A DNA stretch of 64,000 bases from Bacillota bacterium (GCA_021846505.1 JAJZWV010000008.1:11276-75275); one strand, 5' to 3'. Positions 12,375-22,097 are shown, counted from the first letter of the stretch. The notes: generated by a model from the letters alone, not told the origin. Program-made: numbers and translations.

Positions 12375-13697
12375 TCAGGTGGGCTGGCGCCGCCGCACGC
12401 GGAGCCCTCGCCGCGCCGGGGGCGCAGCATCGCGCGGCTGCAGCTGGCGGGGCAGCATTTGCTGCTCGTTAATCAGCCACCACGACAGCGCCGCGACGGC
12501 GAAGGCCAGCCCAGCCGCCCCCAAGAAGATAATGGGCCGCGCGCGCATGGCCAGCGCGAAGATGGGCGGCCCGAGCGCCACCCCAAAGAAACGCACTGAT
12601 CCGTAGAGGCTCGTGACGACTCCCCGCTCGCTGGTGGAGGTGGCGCTGGTCACCAGGGTGTTGATGGCGGGCAGCACGGCCCCGGTGCCAATCCCCTGAA
12701 ACACCAGGGCAGGCATCACCCAGAAGGGATTGAAAATGAGCGCCTCCGCCACCATGGCGAGGCCAATCAGGCCAAGCCCCCCCGCCACCACCGGGCGTGA
12801 CCACCGAGCCAGGCGCGCCTGCATGACGGTGCCCGCCAGGTACGAGGCCAAGGCCGAAAATAGCACCGGCACCGCAATGAGCAGACCGCGCGGCATCTCC
12901 CGGAGCCCATACGGCCGCTCTAAGATGTCGGCCAGATACGACAGCACGCCAAACAAGATGAACAGCACCGTCGCCCCTCCTAAAAACGTCACCAGCAGCG
13001 ACGCGCCCTTGCGCTGGAACACACGGCGGAGCCCCTGCCAGTATTGGCCCAGGGTGGCGGCCGCCAGACGATCTTTGGGCTCCCGAATGGCCATCCACAC
13101 GGCCGCGGCCACGGGAAAGCTCAAAATGCCGTACACGAAGAAGGGTGCAAACCACACTAAGAGGGCCACGGCAGATCCGGCGATGGGAGATGCTACTTTG
13201 CCCAAGCCGTTGGAGGCTTCCAGCGTCCCGAGCGCCCTTACCCGCTGCTGGCTGCGATACATGTCACCCGCCAGCGCCATCGCCAGCTGGTAGGTGCCCC
13301 CGGCCCCGATGCCCTGCAGGATGCGGAATCCGATGATGTACGCGTACGCGTGCGGCAAGAGCCAGCTGGACAGGCCGGCTCCGAGGCCTGCGAAGCCGTA
13401 CACCGCCAAGGCCGGCACCATCACGATTTTGCGGCCCACGCGGTCAGACAGCGCTCCCGCAAAGGGGATGACGATGCCGGCGGGAATCGAAAACACGGTA
13501 ATCACGAGGCCGGCCTGAAGCAAGGTGACGTGCAGCACGGCCATCAATTTGGGCAAAACGGGGATCAGCATGGAGTTGCCCAGCACCATGAGAAAAGGGA
13601 CCAGCGACAGCACCAGCAACTTGGAGCTGTCCCGCTGGCTGCCGCCTTCGGCGTGGCCCTCGCCGGCCCCGCCTGGCGCCTCAGCCCGGGTCGACAT
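12375..13697 (-). CDS. MFS transporter
   Basis: About 12 TM helices and the MFS loop motif GALSDRVGRK. The second ATG (13697) has better spacing from AGGAGGA than the ATG at 13703. Confidence 0.8.
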   Translation of the reverse strand: MSTRAEAPGGAGEGHAEGGSQRDSSKLLVLSLVPFLMVLGNSMLIPVLPKLMAVLHVTLLQAGLVITVFSIPAGIVIPFAGALSDRVGRKIVMVPALAVYGFAGLGAGLSSWLLPHAYAYIIGFRILQGIGAGGTYQLAMALAGDMYRSQQRVRALGTLEASNGLGKVASPIAGSAVALLVWFAPFFVYGILSFPVAAAVWMAIREPKDRLAAATLGQYWQGLRRVFQRKGASLLVTFLGGATVLFILFGVLSYLADILERPYGLREMPRGLLIAVPVLFSALASYLAGTVMQARLARWSRPVVAGGLGLIGLAMVAEALIFNPFWVMPALVFQGIGTGAVLPAINTLVTSATSTSERGVVTSLYGSVRFFGVALGPPIFALAMRARPIIFLGAAGLAFAVAALSWWLINEQQMLPRQLQPRDAAPPARRGLRVRRRQPT

Positions 13698-13919
13698 GCG
13701 CATTCCTCCTACACAAACCGCAGCCGGCGGCGCCGCGCTTCCGCCGCACGCCCCCTGGCCACTTGTCTATAACCTGTCCGCCCGTGCGCCTTGTCACACG
13801 CCCCGAGTGTCAAGGGCGAGGCGGCCGCATAGCGTGACGGCGAGCAGGCAACGGCGTGTGCGCAGGCGCGCCGGGGAGAACGTGAAGCAGGCGAGCGAGA
13901 TAGCGAAGGAGGCACACGC

Positions 13920-14768
13920 GTGGCAGAAGCAACTCGGGCGTGGGGCGGGATTTTGGACTTTCCGGCTGCGGACCGCGCGGCGCGCCCTCGAGCGCGCGGC
14001 CTCACCATGGTGATTGACAAAGGCATCGGGCTTGATGCGACACGTGATTTGATGGAGCTGGCGGGAGACTATGTGGACCAGGTGAAGCTGACGTTCGGCA
14101 CCTCCGCGTTTTATCCTCACCGGCTGCTGCGCCAGAAAATCGAGCTGGTCAAGTCGTACGGGGTCGACATTTTCCCCGGAGGGACCTTTCTTGAGCTGGC
14201 ACTCATGCAAAATAAGCTGGAGGCGTACCTCGAGCGGGCGGAGTCGCTGGGATTCACCGGCATCGAAGTGTCAGACGGCACGATCTCCCTTGACTCGGCG
14301 GCGCGGGCCGCCACCATTCGCCGCGCGCGCGCCTTTGGATTTCCGCTGGTTGTCAGCGAAGTGGGAAAGAAGGATCCCCGGGACCGGGTGCCGGACCTGC
14401 AGCTGTGGAGCCAGGTGGAGGAGGATCGCGCCGCCGGCTCGGATCTGGTGATTGTGGAGGGACGCGAGAGCGGCCAAGGTGTCGTGATCTATGATGACGC
14501 GGGACACATCTTGCAGGAGGAGCTGGAGGAAATGGTTAGTCACGTGTCTGAGCCGAACCGGCTGATGTGGGAGGCGCCGCGCAAAGCGCAGCAGCACCAG
14601 CTGGTCATGCGCTTTGGCCCGAATGTGAACCTGGGCAACATCGCCCCGGATGAGGTGCTGGCGCTGGAAGCGCTGCGCGTGGGCCTCCGGGGCGACACGC
14701 TGCGCCAGTACTTTTTGACCATCGCGGGGGAGGAAGCCACCCAGGCCCCGGTCGGGGTGCTCCGCTGA
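13920..14768 (+). CDS. comA: Phosphosulfolactate synthase (ComA/YitD family)
   Basis: GLTMVIDKGIGL....DYVD.VKLTFGTSAFYP...YGVDIFPGGTFLE is typical of (2R)-phospho-3-sulfolactate synthase. GTG at 13920 lies 7 nt after GAAGGAGG. Confidence 0.85.
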   Translation: MAEATRAWGGILDFPAADRAARPRARGLTMVIDKGIGLDATRDLMELAGDYVDQVKLTFGTSAFYPHRLLRQKIELVKSYGVDIFPGGTFLELALMQNKLEAYLERAESLGFTGIEVSDGTISLDSAARAATIRRARAFGFPLVVSEVGKKDPRDRVPDLQLWSQVEEDRAAGSDLVIVEGRESGQGVVIYDDAGHILQEELEEMVSHVSEPNRLMWEAPRKAQQHQLVMRFGPNVNLGNIAPDEVLALEALRVGLRGDTLRQYFLTIAGEEATQAPVGVLR

Positions 14769-14776
14769 GCCCCCGC

Positions 14777-15493
14777 GTGGCTGCGGCTGCGTCGCTGGAA
14801 TCGTGCCCGCCCGTCGGGCCGAACGACCTAGCCGTCGTGTTTGACGTGCTGCGCATGAGCTCGTCCATGGCGGCGGCGGCGGCGGCCGGCGTGGAGGCGA
14901 TTAGACCGATGGCGGAGGTGGAAGCGGCCCGTGCGCTCGCGGTGGCACAGCCAGGGCTGTGGCTGGCGGGCGAGCGCGGCAATCAGCGGCTGCCGGGATT
15001 CACGCAGGGCAACTCCCCGCGGGAGTGGGACCGGCCGGTGCCGCCCGGCACACGTGTGGTGTGGACTACGACCAATGGCACGCGCGCTCTGGCGCAAGTG
15101 GCTGGGGCCAGTGCAGTGCTGGTGGGGGCCTTGGTCAATCGGCGGTGGGTGGCGGCGGCTGTCGAGCGCTGGGGGGACACGCACCCCCTCGGTCGGGTGG
15201 TGCTGGTGGCGGCCGGGCGGGAGGGGGAGCCGTCGCCGCCGGACTGGTGGGGCGTGGGGGCTGTGATGGCTGCGCTCCCGCCCGCTTGGGCGGATCCGAG
15301 CGCGCTTTCCGCCGCGGAAGACTTTGCCGCGGTGCAGGGACACTTGAGTGAGGCGCTGGCGTCTTCGGCCGAGGGTCAGCACTTGGCGGCGATGGGCTAC
15401 GAAGCCGACGTTCTGTGGGCTGCTGGCCTGGACCGGGTGCCCGTGGTCCTCGAGCGCGGAAGCGGCGGCTGGCTCTACCCGATGCGGGCCTAA
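14777..15493 (+). CDS. comB: 2-phosphosulfolactate phosphatase (ComB/YitC family)
   Basis: VVFDVLRMSSS...GERGNQRLPGFTQGNSPRE matches the ComB family pattern. Immediately follows comA. Confidence 0.75.
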   Translation: MAAAASLESCPPVGPNDLAVVFDVLRMSSSMAAAAAAGVEAIRPMAEVEAARALAVAQPGLWLAGERGNQRLPGFTQGNSPREWDRPVPPGTRVVWTTTNGTRALAQVAGASAVLVGALVNRRWVAAAVERWGDTHPLGRVVLVAAGREGEPSPPDWWGVGAVMAALPPAWADPSALSAAEDFAAVQGHLSEALASSAEGQHLAAMGYEADVLWAAGLDRVPVVLERGSGGWLYPMRA

Positions 15494-15739
15494 AGTGCCG
15501 ATCCGAGATGCTGGTGCGGCAGGGATTATTGAGATCGGCAGCCCGCCACCCGCGTGAGCCCCCTGCCTCGCGCCGCAGGGTGGCCGCTGTCGGCTGGCAG
15601 GACCGGCCGGGGCGCGGCTGTGGGCGCGCGCCGCCCACGCCTCGCTGGCGGGTTCCTGTCCCCTTGCTGCCGCGCTTCCCCATGTCTTTTTGTCCGACCG
15701 CCCTAATACGCATGCAAGGGGGCGGGAGGGTGCCGCGCA

Positions 15740-16201
15740 ATGCTGACCACCGAAAACGTCGCGCTGGTTGTGCTGCTGCTGCTGGGGCTGTGGGCCCGAT
15801 CCAGCTTGGTGGCGGCCGCGGCCGCCATGCTGCTGGCGGTGCGCCTCGCAGGCCTGAGCTTCCTGCTGCCCGCGATCGAGCGCCGCGGTGTCGAAGTGGG
15901 CCTGCTGTTTTTGACACTGGCCATGCTGGTGCCGTTTGCCCGCGGGCAGGTGTCGGGGCGCATGATTGTTCGCGCCCTCACGTCGCTGCCCGGCATCGTG
16001 GCGGTCGTCGGCGGTGCGCTGGCGACCCTGCTGAATGGCCGCGGGCTGGATATGCTGGCCCATCAGGGCGAACTCATGATTGCCCTGATTGCGGGGTCGA
16101 TTATTGGCATCGTCCTGTGGGGCGGGATTCCGGTGGGGCCCCTTATGGCCGCCGGCCTCACCTACCTCTTGCTTCAGATTGTCCAGCTGTGGCAGCGCTG
16201 A
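15740..16201 (+). CDS. UPF0756/DUF441 membrane protein (YtwI-like)
   Basis: 153 aa with four hydrophobic helices. Sequence pattern resembles the DUF441 family. GGGAGGG SD. Confidence 0.7.
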   Translation: MLTTENVALVVLLLLGLWARSSLVAAAAAMLLAVRLAGLSFLLPAIERRGVEVGLLFLTLAMLVPFARGQVSGRMIVRALTSLPGIVAVVGGALATLLNGRGLDMLAHQGELMIALIAGSIIGIVLWGGIPVGPLMAAGLTYLLLQIVQLWQR

Positions 16202-16226
16202 AGGCTCAGGCAGAAATGGAGGCGGG

Positions 16227-16496
16227 ATGGGACCCGAACAGCTGTATCTGCGCGGGATGGTGGGCATGCGCCTGCTGTCCGCCAGCCTGGAGTTTGCAGG
16301 CGCCTTGCTGATGTGGCGGCTGGGGCGCCTAGACGCTGCGGTGCGGGTGAACAGCGTGCTGGGGCTGGTGGGGCCCGTGATTCTCACGCTGACCATGCTC
16401 CTCGGCGTGGCCGGGCTGGCGACGCGGCTCCCGGTGGGCAAGCTGCTGTGGATCGGCGCAGGGGTAAGCCTCATCTTGATCGGGACCACGCGGTGA
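16227..16496 (+). CDS. Small membrane protein, YqhV/DUF2619-like
   Basis: 89 aa from the internal ATG 16227, after GGAGG. LRGMVGMRLLSASLEFAGALLMWRL resembles DUF2619. Confidence 0.55.
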   Translation: MGPEQLYLRGMVGMRLLSASLEFAGALLMWRLGRLDAAVRVNSVLGLVGPVILTLTMLLGVAGLATRLPVGKLLWIGAGVSLILIGTTR

Positions 16497-16529
16497 GCGC
16501 CTGCCGCAGCCCCGGGGCCTTACCTGCCA

Positions 16530-16538
16530 TGCTATACT
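16530..16538 (+). promoter_or_regulatory. Extended -10 element (TGCTATACT) upstream of rsmD-coaD
   Basis: TGnTATACT lies 24 nt upstream of the rsmD GTG. No good -35. Confidence 0.35.
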
Positions 16539-16561
16539 AAATTCCGACGAGGAGGAGTCCA

Positions 16562-17122
16562 GTGCGCGTGGTGGGGGGCACATTGGCCGGACGGGTCATC
16601 GCGTGCCCGCCGGGGATGTCCACCCGCCCGACTTTGGACCGGGTGCGCGAGGCGCTGTTCAACGTGCTGGCGCGCCGAGTTCCCGGCGCTGCTGTGCTGG
16701 ACTTGTATGCCGGCAGTGGGGCCCTCGCCATCGAGGCGCTGTCGCGCGGGGCCGCCCAGGCAGACGTGGTGGAGAAGAGCGGGCGGACCGCGGCTGTGTT
16801 GCGTTGCAATCTGGCCGTGCTGGCACTGGCGGATCGGGCCACTGTGTGGACGCTGCCGGCGGAGCGTGCGGTGTCGCGGCTGGCGCCGGCGTCTTTTGAT
16901 TTAATTTTCCTGGATCCTCCGTGGCAGGCAGGGGTGGGCGCCGCCGTGTGGGCAGCCATTCCCCAACTGCTGCGGCCCGGTGGCCTAGCGGTGCTGGAGT
17001 ATGAAGGGGCCGCGGGCGCTCGCGGCCTGCCAAGTAGCGAGGGCGGTGAAGACGGAGGCATGGTCGTGGTGGACCAAAGGCGGTACGGCCGCACGGCGCT
17101 GGCCCTGCTGGCAAAGCGGTGA
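16562..17122 (+). CDS. rsmD: 16S rRNA (guanine966-N2)-methyltransferase
   Basis: RPTLDRVREALFNVL, DLYAGSGALAIEALSRGA and FLDPPW motifs. GTG start after GAGGAGGAG. Confidence 0.85.
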   Translation: MRVVGGTLAGRVIACPPGMSTRPTLDRVREALFNVLARRVPGAAVLDLYAGSGALAIEALSRGAAQADVVEKSGRTAAVLRCNLAVLALADRATVWTLPAERAVSRLAPASFDLIFLDPPWQAGVGAAVWAAIPQLLRPGGLAVLEYEGAAGARGLPSSEGGEDGGMVVVDQRRYGRTALALLAKR

Positions 17123-17622
17123 CGGCTTCGCGGCGGCGCGCGCTGTATCCGGGATCCTTTGACCCCGTGACCTACGGGCATCTGGACGTGGTGGCGCGGG
17201 CGGCGGCCCTATTTGACGAGGTGCTGGTGGTGGTGATGCAGCACCCCGACAAATCGGGGTGTTTTTCCGTGCCAGAGCGGGTGCGGCTGCTGGAGGCGTG
17301 CGTCAGCCCTTGGCCCGCCGTCCGCGTGGCGACTGGCAGCGGCCTGGTGGCCCGCTACGCACAGGAGGCCGCGGCGCACGTGGTGGTCCGCGGCCTTCGA
17401 GGTGCCCACGACCTGCCGGCCGAAGCGTCAATGAGCTGGATGAATCGGCGGCTAAACCCAAATCTGGAGACCGTGTACCTGGCGGCCGCGCCCGAATGGG
17501 TCCATGTGTCGTCCTCGCGGGCGCGCGAGCTGGCCCGCTACGGGGCTCCGCTGGATGCCTTGGTGCCAGACGTGGTGGCGCGCGCGCTGGCGGATAAATT
17601 TTTGGTGGAAGGACGGCCATAG
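17119..17622 (+). CDS. coaD: Phosphopantetheine adenylyltransferase
   Basis: ALYPGSFDPVTYGHLDVV and the ISSSRARE-like motif (HVSSSRAREL). Overlaps the rsmD stop by 4 nt. Confidence 0.9.
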   Translation: MTASRRRALYPGSFDPVTYGHLDVVARAAALFDEVLVVVMQHPDKSGCFSVPERVRLLEACVSPWPAVRVATGSGLVARYAQEAAAHVVVRGLRGAHDLPAEASMSWMNRRLNPNLETVYLAAAPEWVHVSSSRARELARYGAPLDALVPDVVARALADKFLVEGRP

Positions 17623-18117
17623 ATGGCGATGGATACAGACCAGGCAACCCCCAGCCTTCCCGAGTTTGACCCCGAGATTGTTCACTTGATCGACCAAGCC
17701 GCGCATGTCCTGGACGAAGGCACCCGGGTCCCGCTGACGGGGCGCGTGGTGGTAGATGGCGAGGGCTTGCAGGCACTGCTGGATCATATGCGGCAGGCGC
17801 TGCCGGAAGACCTGCGGCACGCCCACGCGGTGCTGGAGGAGTCGGAGCGGCTGATGGCGGCGGCGCAGGAGGAGGCCAGCGGGGTGGTGCAGGCCGCGCA
17901 CGCGCGGGCGGCCGAGCTGACTGCCGAGACGGAAGTGCTGCGGCACGCGACCGCGCTGGCGGAGGAGACCGTAGCGCAGGCCCGGGAGCGGGCGCTGGAA
18001 ATGCGAGCCGGCGCGCGGGCCTACGCGGAGGAGCTGCTGGTGCGGGCCGAGGCCGCGATCGCGCGGCTGCTGGAGGAAGTGCGCTCCAACCGCGCGCAGC
18101 TGGGGCCGCCCGCCTAG
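17623..18117 (+). CDS. Coiled-coil protein of unknown function (ATP synthase b/DivIVA-like helical protein)
   Basis: 164 aa, Ala/Glu/Arg-rich with predicted long helices. High GC3 and tight coupling to flanking genes support coding. Confidence 0.55.
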   Translation: MAMDTDQATPSLPEFDPEIVHLIDQAAHVLDEGTRVPLTGRVVVDGEGLQALLDHMRQALPEDLRHAHAVLEESERLMAAAQEEASGVVQAAHARAAELTAETEVLRHATALAEETVAQARERALEMRAGARAYAEELLVRAEAAIARLLEEVRSNRAQLGPPA

Positions 18118-19157
18118 TGGCGCCGGGTGCCGCCGCAGCGGGCGCGGAGTTCCTGGTGACCGCTCGGCCCGAGTCGTGGGAACTGGCGTGGGAAGATGTT
18201 CGGGCGGCCGACGGGGGAGCGCGGCTGGGCCAGTCGGTGGCGCCCGGGGTGTTTCTTGTTGCCGCCACCCTGGACGCCGCGGCGCTGTCCGAGCGCCTGC
18301 AGCGCCGCGGCCCCTTTGTGCGCCATCTGTTTTCCGTGCACTATCGCGTCTCACCGGGCTTCGCACCGGCGGTGTGGGCCGACGCTGGGAAGGCACTGGC
18401 TGGGCGCCTGGACCCTGCGCTCGGAGCGGGCCTCCAGCTGCGCTGGGTGGGCCAGGGACCGCTTCCCCCGTGGGTGATGGATCTCCGGCGCACGCTGGAT
18501 ACTGCACTCCAGCAGTGCGGAGCCCCTCCGGGAGGCCCTGCGCCCCCGCAAGCCATTTCGGTGGTGGCGAGTGAGGCGGGCGCCTGGATGGGCACCTCGC
18601 CCACGTGGCATAACCTGTCACCCTGGAGCGGCGGTGCCGCGCCGACGTCTCGCGTCGGGGCGGTGAGCCGGGCGGCGTCGAAGCTCCTGGAAGCTTTGCG
18701 CATGTTTGACTTGCCGTGGCCCCAGAGCGGCCGGGCTTTGGACTTGGGGGCCGCGCCAGGTGGCTGGACCGGGGTGCTGGTGGAGCGCGGGCTGTCAGTA
18801 GTGGCGGTGGATCCCGCCGCACTGGCGGAACCGTGGGCGCACCATCCGCACGTCGCCCACCACCGAGAGACGGCGGAAGCTTATGCCCAGCGCCCGCGGG
18901 CGCCGGGCGACAGCGTTCAGCTGCTGGTGAACGACATGCGGCTGGAGGCCGCATACAGCGCGCGGTGCATGGCCATGCTGTCTGGCCGGCTGCAGTCGGG
19001 AGGGCTCGCCGTGATGACGCTGAAGCTCCATGAGGTCCGCCGGCGGCGGCAGGTGCGGGAGGCCGTGCGCATCCTCGAAAGCGAGTACACCGTGGCGGGC
19101 TGCCGCCAGCTGTACCACAACCGCTCCGAGGTTACGCTGGCGCTGATGCGGCACTAG
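18117..19157 (+). CDS. FtsJ/RlmM-like SAM-dependent RNA methyltransferase
   Basis: C-terminal Rossmann motif ALDLGAAPGGWTGVLVERG and VNDMRL. The N-terminal domain resembles the THUMP-like part of RlmM. Confidence 0.7.
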   Translation: MAPGAAAAGAEFLVTARPESWELAWEDVRAADGGARLGQSVAPGVFLVAATLDAAALSERLQRRGPFVRHLFSVHYRVSPGFAPAVWADAGKALAGRLDPALGAGLQLRWVGQGPLPPWVMDLRRTLDTALQQCGAPPGGPAPPQAISVVASEAGAWMGTSPTWHNLSPWSGGAAPTSRVGAVSRAASKLLEALRMFDLPWPQSGRALDLGAAPGGWTGVLVERGLSVVAVDPAALAEPWAHHPHVAHHRETAEAYAQRPRAPGDSVQLLVNDMRLEAAYSARCMAMLSGRLQSGGLAVMTLKLHEVRRRRQVREAVRILESEYTVAGCRQLYHNRSEVTLALMRH

Positions 19158-19227
19158 GGTCAAGCCCAGGCGGGAAGGCGTACACTTACGGCATCGGGGG
19201 CCGCGCCCCCGCGGAGGAGGTGCCGGT

Positions 19228-20274
19228 ATGTCGCAGAATCAAGAGCGTGAGAAACATAGGAGGACGCCGCGCCGGCGCTGGACGATATGGCATAAAGTGG
19301 GTGCCGCGCTGGCGGCGCTGGCGATCGCAGCCGCCGCGCTGTGGTTCATCCCCACCGGCTACACTGCTTATGCCCCTGGCATCACGGGATATCTGCCAAG
19401 CATGGTGCGGGTGCGCGGCGCTCACCCGTCGCCCCGCGGCCGCCTGCTGATGGTGGCGATCTATGTCCTGCCGGCGAATGCCCTGCTGTATTTGTGGGCG
19501 CATGTCAGCGACACCTACCAGCTGGTGCCGACCGCCGCGGTGCTGCCGGACATGAGCATGGCGCAGTTTGTGAAAGTGAGCTTGGCCCAGATGCGGGGCA
19601 GCCAAGAAGACGCCGAGGTCGCGGGTGAGCGGGCTGCCGGGCTTCCGGCGCGGGTGTCCGTGAAGCCTGGCCTACTGGTGCTGGGGGTGCTGAAAAATTC
19701 CAGCGCGCGCCGGATCCTGACGGCCGGCTCCACGATCCTCAAGGTGAATGGGCACGCCGTGACGCTGGCCAGCGAGCCCCGGCTGATGCGCCGCTACCAC
19801 GTCGGGGAGCGCGTGTCGGTGGAAGCCCGCGTCAGCGGGCGCCTGAAAACCTTCCCGGTCACGCTAATGCACATCGCCGGGGACCCCAGCCCCGCCATCG
19901 GTGTGGAAGTGACTACCCCGGTTCGCTATATTATTCCGCGGCCGGTCACGTTTTCCGTGCACAATATCGGGGGGCCCAGTGCTGGCATGATGTTTTCGCT
20001 CGAGATTTATGAGCAAATCACGGGCAAAAACTTGGCGCGCGGGCGGGTGGTCGCCGGAACGGGGGAGATTACCCCCACAGGCCAGGTGCTGCCCATTGGC
20101 GGCATCGCCGAGAAGGTGATCACCGTGCACCGGGCCGGCGCGACGGTGTTTTTGTGCCCACAGGCCAACTACGCCAAGGCGGTCGCCACGGCCCGCGCTC
20201 ATGGGTATCACCTCACCATCTTCCCGGTCACCAGCCTTCATCAGGCAATTGCGGACTTGTCCCGGCCGTCATAG
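19228..20274 (+). CDS. ylbL: YlbL/SepM-type membrane-anchored PDZ plus Lon-like serine protease
   Basis: N-terminal TM segment, central PDZ, and Lon_C motifs GGPSAGMMFSLEIYE and GTGEITPTGQVLPIGGIAEKV. Confidence 0.85.
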   Translation: MSQNQEREKHRRTPRRRWTIWHKVGAALAALAIAAAALWFIPTGYTAYAPGITGYLPSMVRVRGAHPSPRGRLLMVAIYVLPANALLYLWAHVSDTYQLVPTAAVLPDMSMAQFVKVSLAQMRGSQEDAEVAGERAAGLPARVSVKPGLLVLGVLKNSSARRILTAGSTILKVNGHAVTLASEPRLMRRYHVGERVSVEARVSGRLKTFPVTLMHIAGDPSPAIGVEVTTPVRYIIPRPVTFSVHNIGGPSAGMMFSLEIYEQITGKNLARGRVVAGTGEITPTGQVLPIGGIAEKVITVHRAGATVFLCPQANYAKAVATARAHGYHLTIFPVTSLHQAIADLSRPS

Positions 20275-20353
20275 GGGCCGGCCCCCCTAGGCACACTAGG
20301 GGAAACGCGCGCCGCTGCCGGGCAGCCCGCGCAGGCAAGGCAGGTGCGCCAGC

Positions 20354-20887
20354 ATGGGTGGCGGCAGTGAGTCCGATGCGTCTCAGGAGATGCGGAAGCA
20401 GATTCGCCAGGCCGTGCAGGAGGCCATGAGCGAGACCCAGGGCCGCTCCTCGCCGCGCCGCGGCCGGGTCGCTCATGGCGGCTCGACGTCCCCTTCTGTG
20501 GACCCGGAGCAAATTCGCCAGCTGGTGGCGGAGGAAATCGGCGCGCAGCGGCAGCGCTCGCCGGCCGGATCGTCGGGGGGATCGCCTGCGGGCGACAGCG
20601 GCTCGTCCAGGAGCCAGACGGGCTGGGGCAGGTTTCGCCGCCGGCAGTCGCCGTCGAGCGCCGGGGCCAGCGCGAGCGGTCAGTCCAGCCGCCCCGGCCA
20701 GGCTGAAACGCAGGTCGGCACGTCCACGGAAGCCGTGGCGCAGGTGCTGGGGCAGGCGCAGTGGGAGCTGTCCGAGGATTTGTCCGCCAACCTGAAAGAG
20801 CTGCGGCGGGTCATCAATCAGAGTCAGGAAATTGCCCGCAAGATTGAGCAGGTGCTGGGGCAGGGCACGTCCGGCCAAGGTGGCTGA
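20354..20887 (+). CDS. Hypothetical low-complexity (Ser/Gly/Arg/Gln-rich) protein
   Basis: 177-aa ORF with helical-looking termini and a disordered centre. Weak SD and no recognisable family. Coding status uncertain. Confidence 0.35.
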   Translation: MGGGSESDASQEMRKQIRQAVQEAMSETQGRSSPRRGRVAHGGSTSPSVDPEQIRQLVAEEIGAQRQRSPAGSSGGSPAGDSGSSRSQTGWGRFRRRQSPSSAGASASGQSSRPGQAETQVGTSTEAVAQVLGQAQWELSEDLSANLKELRRVINQSQEIARKIEQVLGQGTSGQGG

Positions 20888-22097
20888 GCCATGCGGCGCG
20901 CACGGCTCCGGGCTGTCGGCGGTCCTGATCAAAAACGCCCGCCTGTTTCGGCCTGCGCCGTGGCCCAGCGGCATCACCGATGTGCTGCTGGTGGGCGGGC
21001 GGGTGGCAGCCATTGGCCCCGATCTGGCCATTCCGTCCTTCGCCGGGGCTTCGGCGGAGCTGGACGCCGAGGGCCGCCCGGTGATTCCGGGCCTTATTGA
21101 CCAGCATGTGCACATCGCGGGCGGCGGTGGGGAAGGCGGCCCACGCTACCGCACCCCCGAAGTGGACGCCGCTGACCTGGCAGCGGCGGGCATCGCGACG
21201 GTGGTGGGCGTCTTGGGGACCGACGGCGTCACGCGCAGCGTGCAGGGCTTGCTGGCCAAGGCGCGCAGCCTCCGCGCGGAACATGTCCGGGCGTTTCTGT
21301 ACACCGGCGCGTACCAAGTGCCCACCCGCACTATTACGGACACGCCCCGGTCCGACCTGATCCTGATTGACTTAGTGGTGGGCGTCGGCGAGGTGGCGGT
21401 GAGCGACCAGCGGGGAAGCCACCCTACTCGGCGGCAGCTGGCTGAGCTGGCCGGTGAGGCGCGGGTGGGCGGACTGCTGAGCGGCAAGGCGGGCGTGCTG
21501 CACGTTCACGTGGGCGATGGCCCGGGTGGGCTCACGCCCCTTGAGCGGGTGGTGCAGTCGGCTGACGTGCCGCGAGACACGCTAGTGCCCACCCACCTGA
21601 ATCGAACCCAGCGCCTGGTCGACCAGGCGATTGGGTGGGCCCGGGCTGGTGGCTGGGTGGACTTCACCTCGGGCATTCGGCCGGACCCGCACGACCCGGG
21701 CGCCGTGTCGGCCCACGACGCCTTAGAGCGGGCGCGCGAAGCGGGTGTGCCCTTGAGCCGGATCAGCTTTAGCTCGGATGGGCAGGGGTCAGCGCCCGTG
21801 TTTGATGCGGCGGGCCACTTGCAGGGCGTGGGCATTGGGCGCCCCGGCTCCCTGCTGGCAGAAGTGCTCGCTCTCGTCGATCGCGGGTGGCCTTGGCCAG
21901 ATGCGCTGGCGCCGGCTACGACGGTGCCGTCGGCGATTTTGAAGTTGGGTGCCGTGGGCAGCATTCAGCCGGGCGGACCCGGAGATTTGGCGGTGCTGGA
22001 GGGCCGCGGCGTGTGGCACATGGTAAGCCGAGGCCGCGTGCTGGTTCGGGAGGGACGCCCGCTCCGGTCGAAGCCATTTCTGGGCACTGGTGGGTAG
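20880..22097 (+). CDS. iadA: Isoaspartyl dipeptidase
   Basis: PGLIDQHVHIAGGGGEGGPRYRTPEV is near-identical in pattern to E. coli IadA. Start probably GTG 20880 (uncertain). Confidence 0.85.
   Translation: MAEPCGAHGSGLSAVLIKNARLFRPAPWPSGITDVLLVGGRVAAIGPDLAIPSFAGASAELDAEGRPVIPGLIDQHVHIAGGGGEGGPRYRTPEVDAADLAAAGIATVVGVLGTDGVTRSVQGLLAKARSLRAEHVRAFLYTGAYQVPTRTITDTPRSDLILIDLVVGVGEVAVSDQRGSHPTRRQLAELAGEARVGGLLSGKAGVLHVHVGDGPGGLTPLERVVQSADVPRDTLVPTHLNRTQRLVDQAIGWARAGGWVDFTSGIRPDPHDPGAVSAHDALERAREAGVPLSRISFSSDGQGSAPVFDAAGHLQGVGIGRPGSLLAEVLALVDRGWPWPDALAPATTVPSAILKLGAVGSIQPGGPGDLAVLEGRGVWHMVSRGRVLVREGRPLRSKPFLGTGG

Noticed and set aside
14828-16489. 553-aa minus-strand ORF.
   Set aside because: It is antisense to comB, the DUF441 gene and the DUF2619 gene, all of which have recognisable families and SD-linked starts. 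Its sequence is low-complexity Arg/Pro/Gly.
17303-18954. Two long minus-strand ORFs of 321 and 500 aa.
   Set aside because: They are antisense shadows of coaD, the coiled-coil gene and the RlmM-like gene. They are Pro/Arg/Ala-rich with no domain signatures.
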